Source of the DNA: Eubacteriales bacterium
Lineage (GTDB): Bacteria; Bacillota; Clostridia; Oscillospirales; CAG-272
Reading direction: 5' to 3'
Assembly (NCBI GenBank): GCA_045542275.1
Contig: JAZQKP010000016.1
Coordinates: 5,576 to 69,575, forward strand
Length of the DNA stretch: 64,000 nucleotides
Shown here: piece after piece, positions 34,674 to 42,914 of the stretch
Layout of the letters: each line of letters opens with the position of its first letter
Numbering within the stretch: position 1 is the first letter of the stretch
Translations under genes and position numbers: made by a program
The notes under the pieces: generated by a model
Told to the model about the DNA's origin: nothing
The model's input: only the letters and a program-made list of their open reading frames with translations
Databases searched by the model: none

Positions 34674-35324
34674 ATGAAGCTAGGCAATATAAAACTTGAA
34701 GCATTGTATCTCTGCTTCCCAAGCCCGCAGCTTTACGTCGACACCGACGATGACACCCTGCTTACAGAAGCACTTTCAAGCCTTAAGGACGACCCTAACT
34801 ATTCCGACTACCTAAATGCCACAGTTGGCGCAATCAACAGATGCATTTCACTTTTTGAGCTTAAGGGTATGCTCCCCTTAAAAAGCGTGACCGTGCTCTT
34901 TTCCAAGGACAGAGTAAGCAACGGCAGCTTTATTATAGATATGTCTTCCCTTGCAAATGATTTTTATAAGGCTGACAGAGTTATTACCTATCCCTACGGC
35001 GATTTACCTCACAAATGGGAGTTTGCTGATTTGGGCAACGGAAAAATTCAGGTTGCGCCCATTAACGTAGGGGAAAGCTACACGGTTTTCTATCACTCCG
35101 AGGGAGAAAGAATAAGTCAGGCAACGCCCGAAACCTATGAGCTTAAGCTGCCACGCAGGCTTTGTGAGATTATGCCCTATTATATCAAAAGCGATATTTT
35201 AAGGGTTGATGACCCTACGGAGGCTGAGACCGCAAGAAAAATCTTTAATGAGCTTTGCAGCGATATTGAGGATGGGGAAAGGCTATATTCCTCAATGGTG
35301 CGCTCAATCTATAAAATGGGGTGA
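34674..35324 (+). CDS. Hypothetical structural protein (adaptor/head-tail connector position)
   Basis: 216 aa. Follows the capsid gene. Its stop overlaps the next GTG start (GTGA). Confidence 0.35.
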   Translation: MKLGNIKLEALYLCFPSPQLYVDTDDDTLLTEALSSLKDDPNYSDYLNATVGAINRCISLFELKGMLPLKSVTVLFSKDRVSNGSFIIDMSSLANDFYKADRVITYPYGDLPHKWEFADLGNGKIQVAPINVGESYTVFYHSEGERISQATPETYELKLPRRLCEIMPYYIKSDILRVDDPTEAETARKIFNELCSDIEDGERLYSSMVRSIYKMG

Positions 35325-37834
35325 TAAAAATAAAAAGCACAAGACACAATTTTAAAATTGAAAGCTTACGTGGTGTGGATTTGACCTCTCACCCTGCAAA
35401 TGTACAGAAAAATCGCGCTACGTATATGAAAAATATGGTTAATTACGGTGGAATTAATCATAAGCGCAAGGGCTTTCATCAGATATATGAGCTTCTTTCT
35501 ATAAATGATACGCCCTTAAAAATAAACGGGCTTCATATTTGCACTCTTAACGGTAAGGAGGAGCTTATTATCCATGCAGGCACAGACTTTTATAAGGAAA
35601 ACGGAGATAAAATCCCGAAAGACGTGTCTGTTTCCGATACAAAAAGCCAAGCCTTTTGCACAGATAAGGAGATGATTATTGTAGGCTGCGGTGGAATTTA
35701 TACCTTTAACGGAGAAAAAATCTCATCTATCACTCCCTACGTGCCTACAATACGTAAAAGCTATGACTGTCGCTATGACAAGGGACAGTATATGGAAAGC
35801 CCCAACTACCTTACACCCAAGCGAAAAGAGCTTTTTTGCGGTAAGCTTTTTGAAAACGAAAGAAATACATATCTTAAGCTTGATACAAACGCAGATTACA
35901 CCAAGGGAATTACAATTACCGTATCCCTTTCCCCTATTCATAACGAGCTTCGTATTTGTGAGGGAGAAAGCCCAAATCCAGACACAGACTCCCTTGTTTC
36001 CAACGATGTGACTGTGATTTTCCACATTACAGAGGAAAAGCTTGATTTGAATTTACCCATAGATGCAGAGCCTGTAATATCAAATGGAAAAAGAGTTTAT
36101 TTCCTTGATAGCACCACATCATCTGACACTGTGGTCTATCCGACTGTCTCCACTCTCTTTGCAGGAAGTGGCTTTACCTTTAATTTTAATGCTACCCCCT
36201 CAACAGAGGACGAATACAATATTCTCATTGAATATTCGACTACGGAAGATAAAGGCAGAACGGTGCAGGACTGTATTATGGGGGCATTATCACAGGATAA
36301 CAGAGGAAGCACACGTCTTGTCCTCTCCGGTAACGGTCAATTTCCGAATTTCTGTTGCTTCTCCGACGGACTTAACAATAACGGTATTAACTATTTTCCC
36401 GAAGCCTGTGGATTTTACGTAGGAGACGGCTCACCTGTTACATCACTTTACAACCTTAGTAACACCTACGTGGGTGTTTTTAAGAAAAACAGCTTTTTCA
36501 GATACGCAATTTATCATTATCCCAAGGCGAGCGCCCTTGATGAGCAGATCTATATAAACGGCTACGAAAGTCAGGATAATCAGGGGTGTATCTCCCCTTT
36601 CGTGTGCGCCACATCAAACGGAGACTACCTTGTTTTTGACGGCGACGGAGTGTTTGGCATTACAGATGTCAGCTCCTCAAGTGACAGATCATACCTTGCA
36701 AAGCGAAGCATCAATATAGAAGGTGGGCTCAAAACACACTCCTACGAGGATATTTTAAATGCAGTAGGCTGTGAGCTTGACGGCAGATACTACCTGTTTA
36801 TAGGAAACAGAGCTTACGTGGCAGATACAAGATACACCTTTCGTGAGGGTGGAGCCCTTGGCTCTCACTATCAGTATGAGTGGTGGGTGTGGACCTGTCC
36901 CAAGGTAAGATGCGCTGTCAAGTATAAGGATAAGCTTTATATGGGCACTGAGGACGGCAGAATTTATACACAGGGTGAGGATTTTCGTGATATTAAGATA
37001 GTTAAAAGCGCCAAGGACGGCGACTATGTCTATAAGGACGGTGGCTTTTATATTAATGAAAGCATTCCCCTTACGGCCTCAACTAAATTAATGCTTAAGG
37101 GCGTTCGCTCATTTCTCAAAAATGGCGAATTTACAGCATCATACGAGAACGGAATACTTAAGATTATGACCGATAATCCCTACTCTCAGGCAAGGGAGCT
37201 TGACAATGTGGTAATTAAGCTATCTGACGGCGATGAATTTACCGCTGCATTAGTTACAATTCCTCAGTATGATGAGCTTGGAGCCTTAACTCTTTTACCC
37301 AATAAGGATATAAGCGATATTAATCCCGATAGCATCCTCGAAATCTGTCTTTTGGAAACCCACAACAGAGAGTATACTCTTAAAAAAGAGGGGGACGTGT
37401 ACGTAACCTACTATAAGGATAAGGCTGTACACTGGCATGAATGCTATGACCTGTTTTTTATAGAGTGCCATACTGTTGAGGCTGAATTTTACACCCCGAT
37501 GCTTAATTTTGATGAGCCAATGCGTACAAAAACCCTTATACGTATAGGGGTTTCTTCAGCAAATGAGGATTCGGGCAGCGTTAATTTCGGTTGGGATACA
37601 AGAAAAAGCACCTTGTCAAGAATTGACGGCATTGACGGTCTTGATTTTGCAAGCTTTGACTTTGATAAGCTTTCTTTTGAGTTTCCCTTTGCAAAGGTCT
37701 ATGAAAGACGGGTATTTGAGAGGAATTTCAATTATATTATGTTTAAATTCTCATCAAAGGAAAACAAGGACTGCGCCATAAATGAAATTTACGGTCTTTA
37801 CACAGTAAACAACTATATACAGGGGGTTAGATAA
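35321..37834 (+). CDS. Large hypothetical structural protein (tail hub/nozzle-sized)
   Basis: 837 aa, no TM helices. Assigned by position and size only. Confidence 0.35.
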   Translation: MIKIKSTRHNFKIESLRGVDLTSHPANVQKNRATYMKNMVNYGGINHKRKGFHQIYELLSINDTPLKINGLHICTLNGKEELIIHAGTDFYKENGDKIPKDVSVSDTKSQAFCTDKEMIIVGCGGIYTFNGEKISSITPYVPTIRKSYDCRYDKGQYMESPNYLTPKRKELFCGKLFENERNTYLKLDTNADYTKGITITVSLSPIHNELRICEGESPNPDTDSLVSNDVTVIFHITEEKLDLNLPIDAEPVISNGKRVYFLDSTTSSDTVVYPTVSTLFAGSGFTFNFNATPSTEDEYNILIEYSTTEDKGRTVQDCIMGALSQDNRGSTRLVLSGNGQFPNFCCFSDGLNNNGINYFPEACGFYVGDGSPVTSLYNLSNTYVGVFKKNSFFRYAIYHYPKASALDEQIYINGYESQDNQGCISPFVCATSNGDYLVFDGDGVFGITDVSSSSDRSYLAKRSINIEGGLKTHSYEDILNAVGCELDGRYYLFIGNRAYVADTRYTFREGGALGSHYQYEWWVWTCPKVRCAVKYKDKLYMGTEDGRIYTQGEDFRDIKIVKSAKDGDYVYKDGGFYINESIPLTASTKLMLKGVRSFLKNGEFTASYENGILKIMTDNPYSQARELDNVVIKLSDGDEFTAALVTIPQYDELGALTLLPNKDISDINPDSILEICLLETHNREYTLKKEGDVYVTYYKDKAVHWHECYDLFFIECHTVEAEFYTPMLNFDEPMRTKTLIRIGVSSANEDSGSVNFGWDTRKSTLSRIDGIDGLDFASFDFDKLSFEFPFAKVYERRVFERNFNYIMFKFSSKENKDCAINEIYGLYTVNNYIQGVR

Positions 37835-38076
37835 TGAATGAAAAAATCTTAATTACAGACACAGAGCTTGAGAAAATTATGCTTTCCTCTGCACGTGCTC
37901 TTCCCGATAACCCAAGTGAAAGGGGCTTTCGTCCATCTCAGATAAAAAGAGCATTATCGGAGCCTGTAAGAATGCTTATTTCTCTGCTCAATAATAAATT
38001 TCAGTTTCTGTATACCGACGGTAGCATAACGGTTACGGAAATGAGCCATAGTGCCATTGATGGGCTATTTAATTAA
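37834..38076 (+). CDS. Small hypothetical protein
   Basis: 80 aa. TAATG overlap with the upstream gene. Confidence 0.4.
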   Translation: MNEKILITDTELEKIMLSSARALPDNPSERGFRPSQIKRALSEPVRMLISLLNNKFQFLYTDGSITVTEMSHSAIDGLFN

Positions 38077-38087
38077 GGGGGTGACGT

Positions 38088-40043
38088 ATGAATAATCCCA
38101 TTATAGTAACAGACAGAGCCTTAAGCTATTACGATACAAAGCTTAAGGAATATATCGGCGCAAATTACGGTGACGGTATGCTTATTGACTGGGAGCCCAT
38201 GGAGAATGGCAAAAACCCCTTCAAGCTTAAAATCGCTCTTAAAAACAGATACGGGGCTGAGCTTTTTTCAAAAATCGTAGACTTCCCTCTTGAGCAGACT
38301 ATTGTAAGCGGTGAATACAATAACGAGGATAAATCCCTTATCCTCTATTTTCAGGACGGAAGCTATACATCTGTTCCCATTGAGGACTTGATTGAGGGCC
38401 TTGCCACAAGGCTGGACCTTGAGAAAAAAGCAGACCTTGGGGAAAAATGCATTGCAAGAGGCAACGGATACACCGTAAGCGTTCCTGTAAATTCAGCACC
38501 TTATGCTCGGCTTAATAAAATCGGGGGTATGTGCTACACTAGTAGGAATTTGGTCAAGTTCCCATATTACGATTTTACAGATAACGCATTTGAGGTTAAT
38601 GGCATAAAGGGTACGGTAGACCCAAAAACTCAAATTATTCATTTGGTAGGCGTGGCAACCGCCGATGTAGATAGAAGGCTCTGTACATTAGATGTCACGG
38701 CAGGTAAATCCTACACCATCTATGCAGAGCAATCCTGGAATCAGACACGTGTAGTTCTTAGAAAAAACGGTGCAATTTACTTAAATATTGCTAAGGGTAA
38801 TGCACCCCACACCTTCACAGTAAATTCAGGCGAAACGTGGACAGTATATATCCAAGCCTTTAGTGGTATGAGCCAAAACGATACCATAAGAGTTATGGTA
38901 AACGAGGGCACGACTGCACTTCCCTTTGAGCCGTACTTTACAGGCTTGTATAGTGCAGGGGTAACCTCTGTAAGATGCACTAAGGACGGCAAGGAGCACA
39001 TCCTTGCCATTCCCAAGTATGTATTGAATATAGAGGGATACGGACAGGGCAATCCCGATAATGCCGACGAATATAACTATATTGATTTGAAAAATCAAAG
39101 ATTTATTTCCTTCGGTTATATTTCAGACGGTGTATGGATTCCCCGATATTCACAAACAGATATAGAGCTTCCGAATATTATCGGCATTGAGGGAAGTAGC
39201 ACGATTACATTTGAAAATGAGTATGGCTACGGCGTTCCCTATGAAATTGAATACACGCTTAATTCAAACGATGCTATAGGGGCTAAGGAATTTGTCGGAG
39301 ACCTTAAGGGTACAGCCGAAATGGCTAAGTATTATGATGATAACGGTAAGATTTCAAATCGCACCATTGGAGAAATACTGACTCAGCTGTTAAACGCAGG
39401 CAATCCCATTAAGGTCACTGTGGAATCAATCGGCACTCTTGCCAACGCAGACGGACAAAAAGAAATTCGAGGAGCAGGAATTATAGCAAATCCTCCCGTT
39501 TATGCAGAGGATATTGTTATTGATACCTATCTTGACTCATCAAACGGTAACGCAGCATATCTTTGCTTCTGGAAGGTGGAAAGCGTGGATACAGCTAATG
39601 TTACATTAACACCCCTTTCAAGCATATATGTCGGAGGTGGCTCTGCATCTGTTGCCAATCAGGCAATAGCCGACGGTGAGGGAAGAAATATAGCTAATAC
39701 CTATGAAACAAAAAGCAACGCGCTTTACACCCACAGCGCCCTCCGGTCAGATGTAGACAGCGCATCAGCCATTGCCAATAATGCCTTGAATATGGCAGCC
39801 AGCACTGAAGCTGTTGCAAATGATGCAAAAGAGCTTGCACAGACGGCTAACAATAATGCAGACAGCGCAAGAGCAAGAGCCGACAGAGGTGTACAAAGCA
39901 TTTCTGCCACCTATAATTCAAGCTACAACGGTCAAGGTACATTTAAGCTTAACGTAACGCTTGTAGGTGGTACAACAGAAAGCTTTGATATTACAGATGA
40001 GCTGTCCGGATTTATTATGGACGTGTTCAGTCACAATCAGTAA
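38088..40043 (+). CDS. Tail-fibre/receptor-binding-like protein
   Basis: 651 aa. The C-terminal Ala/Asn-rich heptad-like segment (SASAIANNALNMAASTEAVANDAKELAQTANNNADSARARAD) is typical of trimeric fibre shafts. GGGGGTGA RBS. Confidence 0.45.
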   Translation: MNNPIIVTDRALSYYDTKLKEYIGANYGDGMLIDWEPMENGKNPFKLKIALKNRYGAELFSKIVDFPLEQTIVSGEYNNEDKSLILYFQDGSYTSVPIEDLIEGLATRLDLEKKADLGEKCIARGNGYTVSVPVNSAPYARLNKIGGMCYTSRNLVKFPYYDFTDNAFEVNGIKGTVDPKTQIIHLVGVATADVDRRLCTLDVTAGKSYTIYAEQSWNQTRVVLRKNGAIYLNIAKGNAPHTFTVNSGETWTVYIQAFSGMSQNDTIRVMVNEGTTALPFEPYFTGLYSAGVTSVRCTKDGKEHILAIPKYVLNIEGYGQGNPDNADEYNYIDLKNQRFISFGYISDGVWIPRYSQTDIELPNIIGIEGSSTITFENEYGYGVPYEIEYTLNSNDAIGAKEFVGDLKGTAEMAKYYDDNGKISNRTIGEILTQLLNAGNPIKVTVESIGTLANADGQKEIRGAGIIANPPVYAEDIVIDTYLDSSNGNAAYLCFWKVESVDTANVTLTPLSSIYVGGGSASVANQAIADGEGRNIANTYETKSNALYTHSALRSDVDSASAIANNALNMAASTEAVANDAKELAQTANNNADSARARADRGVQSISATYNSSYNGQGTFKLNVTLVGGTTESFDITDELSGFIMDVFSHNQ

Positions 40044-40053
40044 AGGAGATAAA

Positions 40054-40635
40054 ATGAAAAGAATTATAATTTTTATGCTTGCCCTTTTCCTTATGCTTAC
40101 AGTAGTAAGCTATGCAGATGAGGGCGAGATTTCAGAAACAACAATCGCAGACAAAAAGCAAGATGTGTCTATTGACGTAACAGACGGTGAGACTGTCACA
40201 CTCAATGCCGAGGAGTCTTTTGAGGACTTTGATATTCAGTCTTATCTTACAGAAAAAATTCTTCCCGTTGTGGCAGGCGTTGCAACATCTATTGTGGCTC
40301 TTGGTGGCACAATTTATAAAATCAAGTCCTCTCTTTCCTCTCTTAACAGCTCGAACGAGAGCCTTAAGGAGATAAAAAATACGGTGTCGGGCACACTTGA
40401 CAATGTAAAGACAGAGCTTGCAAAGGGTCTTTGCGAGGTACAGACCAAGGTTAAGGAAATTCCTGAGCTTAAGGAAAGCTACTCTGAGCTTAAAAATAAC
40501 TACAGCGAGCTTTTAAAGCAGAACAAGGAGCTTATGGACGCCCTAAAGCTTGGCTTTGAAGTTTTGCCCGAGGCTGTAAAAAGTGGCAACGCCAGAAAAA
40601 TTGCTATTATTGCTGAGGGGGTTGCAGATGAATAA
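40054..40635 (+). CDS. Signal-peptide/TM protein with a coiled-coil C-terminus
   Basis: ATG at 40054 follows AAAGGAG. N-terminal signal-like helix MKRIIIFMLALFLMLTVVSYA, an internal TM helix (ILPVVAGVATSIVALGGTIY), then coiled-coil. Confidence 0.5.
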   Translation: MKRIIIFMLALFLMLTVVSYADEGEISETTIADKKQDVSIDVTDGETVTLNAEESFEDFDIQSYLTEKILPVVAGVATSIVALGGTIYKIKSSLSSLNSSNESLKEIKNTVSGTLDNVKTELAKGLCEVQTKVKEIPELKESYSELKNNYSELLKQNKELMDALKLGFEVLPEAVKSGNARKIAIIAEGVADE

Positions 40636-41063
40636 TGAAGAAAAGAGTATTAATATTATTTCTGTACATATGTTCATTTGTATGTAGTGTAGCGCCTATT
40701 GTCGTATATTTTGCCATTAATTCGGAAAAATACATCAAGTCCTATGAGGACACCTTTAAGCTTTGCTTCGGTGGGCTTATATGCTTAGTGCTTCTTGCCC
40801 TTAAGGTTATAGGCAAGCTTAAGCTCCCCTCATCAACTGTTACCTTTGGTATTGTTTTTCTTCTTGCATACCTTTTAAAGAGCATTACGGACGACCTTCT
40901 TGTTTTCTCATTCCTTGCTCTTATAGGCGATATCGCAGATAAGGTATTCTTTATGATTCCCATTTCAAAAATGAAGAAAAATATTGAAAACGAAAAGCTT
41001 TCCACCCTTACAGCCGACAAGGTTAGCGAGGCTATGGAAAGATACTTCCGAGGTGGAGTATGA
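40635..41063 (+). CDS. Small polytopic membrane protein (holin-like by position and size)
   Basis: 142 aa with about 4 hydrophobic helices. TAATG overlap upstream and ATGA overlap downstream. Confidence 0.45.
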   Translation: MKKRVLILFLYICSFVCSVAPIVVYFAINSEKYIKSYEDTFKLCFGGLICLVLLALKVIGKLKLPSSTVTFGIVFLLAYLLKSITDDLLVFSFLALIGDIADKVFFMIPISKMKKNIENEKLSTLTADKVSEAMERYFRGGV

Positions 41064-41917
41064 GATACGACTTAAGAAAATTTATGTTTAAAAACATAGG
41101 CTTTTTCTTAGTGGCGCTGGTGTCGGCCCTTTACATTGTTAAGGGGCTTTACACCCTTGGGGAAAGCGGAAAAACCGTTGCCCAGATTATAGGTGACGGT
41201 GCGCTTTCCGCCGCTGTGGGGTTTATCATAGGCCACCTTTTAAGGCAGACGGGGCTTAACTACGGCAACGATGATATTGAGGTTGTAAAAACCAAAAGCT
41301 TTCACTTAAAGCTTCTTGATGAGGCTGCCCCGAATATAGATAAGCTGGAGGGCTTTTGCGCTGAGGAAAACAGATGCGCCCTTGAGGGCATTCGCACAAG
41401 AATCCTTTCAGCCGGTGGGCTTACTTATGATGAGTGCTTCGCCTCTGACGGCACGGTAAAAATCTTTCATATTCCTATACCAAAGGGTATTCCCAAGGAG
41501 GAGAGAAAAAAGCTTAAAAGGAAAAGAAAGGCGCTTAAAAAAGCGCTGAGAGTCAGCATCACGCCCTTAACTCCCGAAGCTCTTTCCGTGGACGGGAGCA
41601 AGTACCTTGACCCCTACGATTTTGGCAAAACCCAAAGCCAGTATCTCAGGGCGAAAAGCGGTAGCGATTTGACAAGCAAGATTTTGTTTGGCTTGCTTTT
41701 CGGCTACTACGCAATTTATCTAACAGAAAACGCAGGGCTTGATGCTGTGGTATGGGCATCGCTACAGATTGCCATTTATCTTATCTTCGGCGCTACACAA
41801 ATGATGCAAGCATATATGTTTGTAAAAAACGAATGTACCGCCCGTATAACACGAAAAATTGACGCATTACAGAAGTTTTTACGGAAAAACGGTACAAAAA
41901 ACACGGATACGTATTAA
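41060..41917 (+). CDS. Membrane protein with a basic cytoplasmic loop
   Basis: 285 aa. Two N-terminal and two C-terminal hydrophobic helices flank a soluble region containing the Lys/Arg-rich EERKKLKRKRKALKKAL. Confidence 0.45.
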   Translation: MRYDLRKFMFKNIGFFLVALVSALYIVKGLYTLGESGKTVAQIIGDGALSAAVGFIIGHLLRQTGLNYGNDDIEVVKTKSFHLKLLDEAAPNIDKLEGFCAEENRCALEGIRTRILSAGGLTYDECFASDGTVKIFHIPIPKGIPKEERKKLKRKRKALKKALRVSITPLTPEALSVDGSKYLDPYDFGKTQSQYLRAKSGSDLTSKILFGLLFGYYAIYLTENAGLDAVVWASLQIAIYLIFGATQMMQAYMFVKNECTARITRKIDALQKFLRKNGTKNTDTY

Positions 41918-41943
41918 AAAATTTAACACAAAGGAGAAAAATT

Positions 41944-42201
41944 ATGAACAAAGTAATTGATATGTTCTGGAACGGAGAAAACGGATTCCACAGTAAAATC
42001 AAGGAGGATTTGTCAGAAAAAGAGGGTATTATAGATACAAAAAAGCGTGAGCTTGCCATGTATGTTAGCGACGAGCTTGGTGATGTAGTACTCGCAGAAT
42101 TGACAGAAGACCTTGATTGCTATACTGAGGACTTTGCAAAAATGGCGTTTTATGCCGGAGTTGCCATAGGCAAAAGGATAACAAAATTCGCATTAGAATA
42201 A
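41944..42201 (+). CDS. Small acidic hypothetical protein
   Basis: 85 aa. AAAGGAGAAAAA RBS. Last gene before the terminator. Confidence 0.4.
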   Translation: MNKVIDMFWNGENGFHSKIKEDLSEKEGIIDTKKRELAMYVSDELGDVVLAELTEDLDCYTEDFAKMAFYAGVAIGKRITKFALE

Positions 42202-42246
42202 AAAAGAGCTGCTACACCGAAGTGTAGCAGCTTTACTTTTTCTTTT
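42202..42246. terminator. Bidirectional rho-independent terminator at the right end of the phage-like cluster
   Basis: Stem GCTGCTACAC / GTGTAGCAGC with loop CGAA. A-run upstream and T-rich tract downstream. Confidence 0.75.
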
Positions 42247-42899
42247 TAATAAAGTGGGTCAGCGCCGATTTCCTTAAGGATTCTGCGTGCGATAATCATT
42301 CCACCTACCCAGCCGGGATGAACTCTGTCCCAGGAGATGTAGGCAGGGTATCTGTGCTGAAGGTGTGCATCAAAGTCAGGCTGAACATCTATAAAGCCTG
42401 CGCCGTATTTTTCAGCCACCTCCCTAGCGATATTTGAATATTCCACCATTCTTTTCTTCATTGCGTCATTATCGTTTGACTCCATATAGAAGGGAGAAAT
42501 AAGGAACATTCCCTTTACTGTGGGCATAGTCTGAGAAACCATTTTTTCAAGGTTTTCTCTGTATCTTTCGGGCATATATCTATCATTATCAAGATTAAGC
42601 TCATCATACTGGCGCCATACGTCGTTTGCGCCTATCATAAGGAACACCCAGTCAGCCTTTAAAGCCATTACATCTCTTTCCCAGTTGGCAAGCATATCGC
42701 AGCTGGCAGCTCCACCGGAGCCTGTATTACAGATGTGAAGTCTTATTTCGGGATATACTGTGGCAAGAATGGAATCCACCATTCTTACATAGCCTGTGCC
42801 AAGGCCCTCCCAAAGACCTTCGCCAACAGGACGCTTTCTGCCTGCATCAGTTACCGAGTCGCCTGTAAATAAAATCTTATCCTTGTTCTGAAAAATCAT
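42246..42899 (-). CDS. SGNH/GDSL-family hydrolase
   Basis: N-terminal block I FTGDSVTDAG. Later GANDV and DRVHPG (DxxH) blocks. Confidence 0.85.
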   Translation of the reverse strand: MIFQNKDKILFTGDSVTDAGRKRPVGEGLWEGLGTGYVRMVDSILATVYPEIRLHICNTGSGGAASCDMLANWERDVMALKADWVFLMIGANDVWRQYDELNLDNDRYMPERYRENLEKMVSQTMPTVKGMFLISPFYMESNDNDAMKKRMVEYSNIAREVAEKYGAGFIDVQPDFDAHLQHRYPAYISWDRVHPGWVGGMIIARRILKEIGADPLY

Positions 42900-42914
42900 A
42901 ACCGTTCTCCTTTT

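Larger units (their letters stand above)
29417..42201 (+). mobile_element. Phage-derived packaging/head/short-tail gene cluster (14 ORFs) without integrase, replication, lysogeny or recognisable lysis-enzyme genes
   Basis: Co-directional, tightly packed ORFs with overlapping stop/start codons. Terminase, portal and capsid motifs (see individual entries). Flanked by opposite-strand host genes. Confidence 0.65.

Noticed and set aside
29115-42246. Calling the 29.4-42.2 kb region an intact inducible prophage
   Set aside because: I could recognise no integrase, excisionase, repressor, replication, lysin or att-like flanking repeat. At 12.8 kb it holds only packaging and virion-type genes. It is therefore reported as a phage-derived cluster of uncertain status, not as a prophage.
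42246-42899. SGNH hydrolase as the missing lysin of the phage-like cluster
   Set aside because: It is on the opposite strand beyond a bidirectional terminator. It is paired with an M20 peptidase gene and has no cell-wall-binding domain. Nothing ties it to the cluster beyond proximity.
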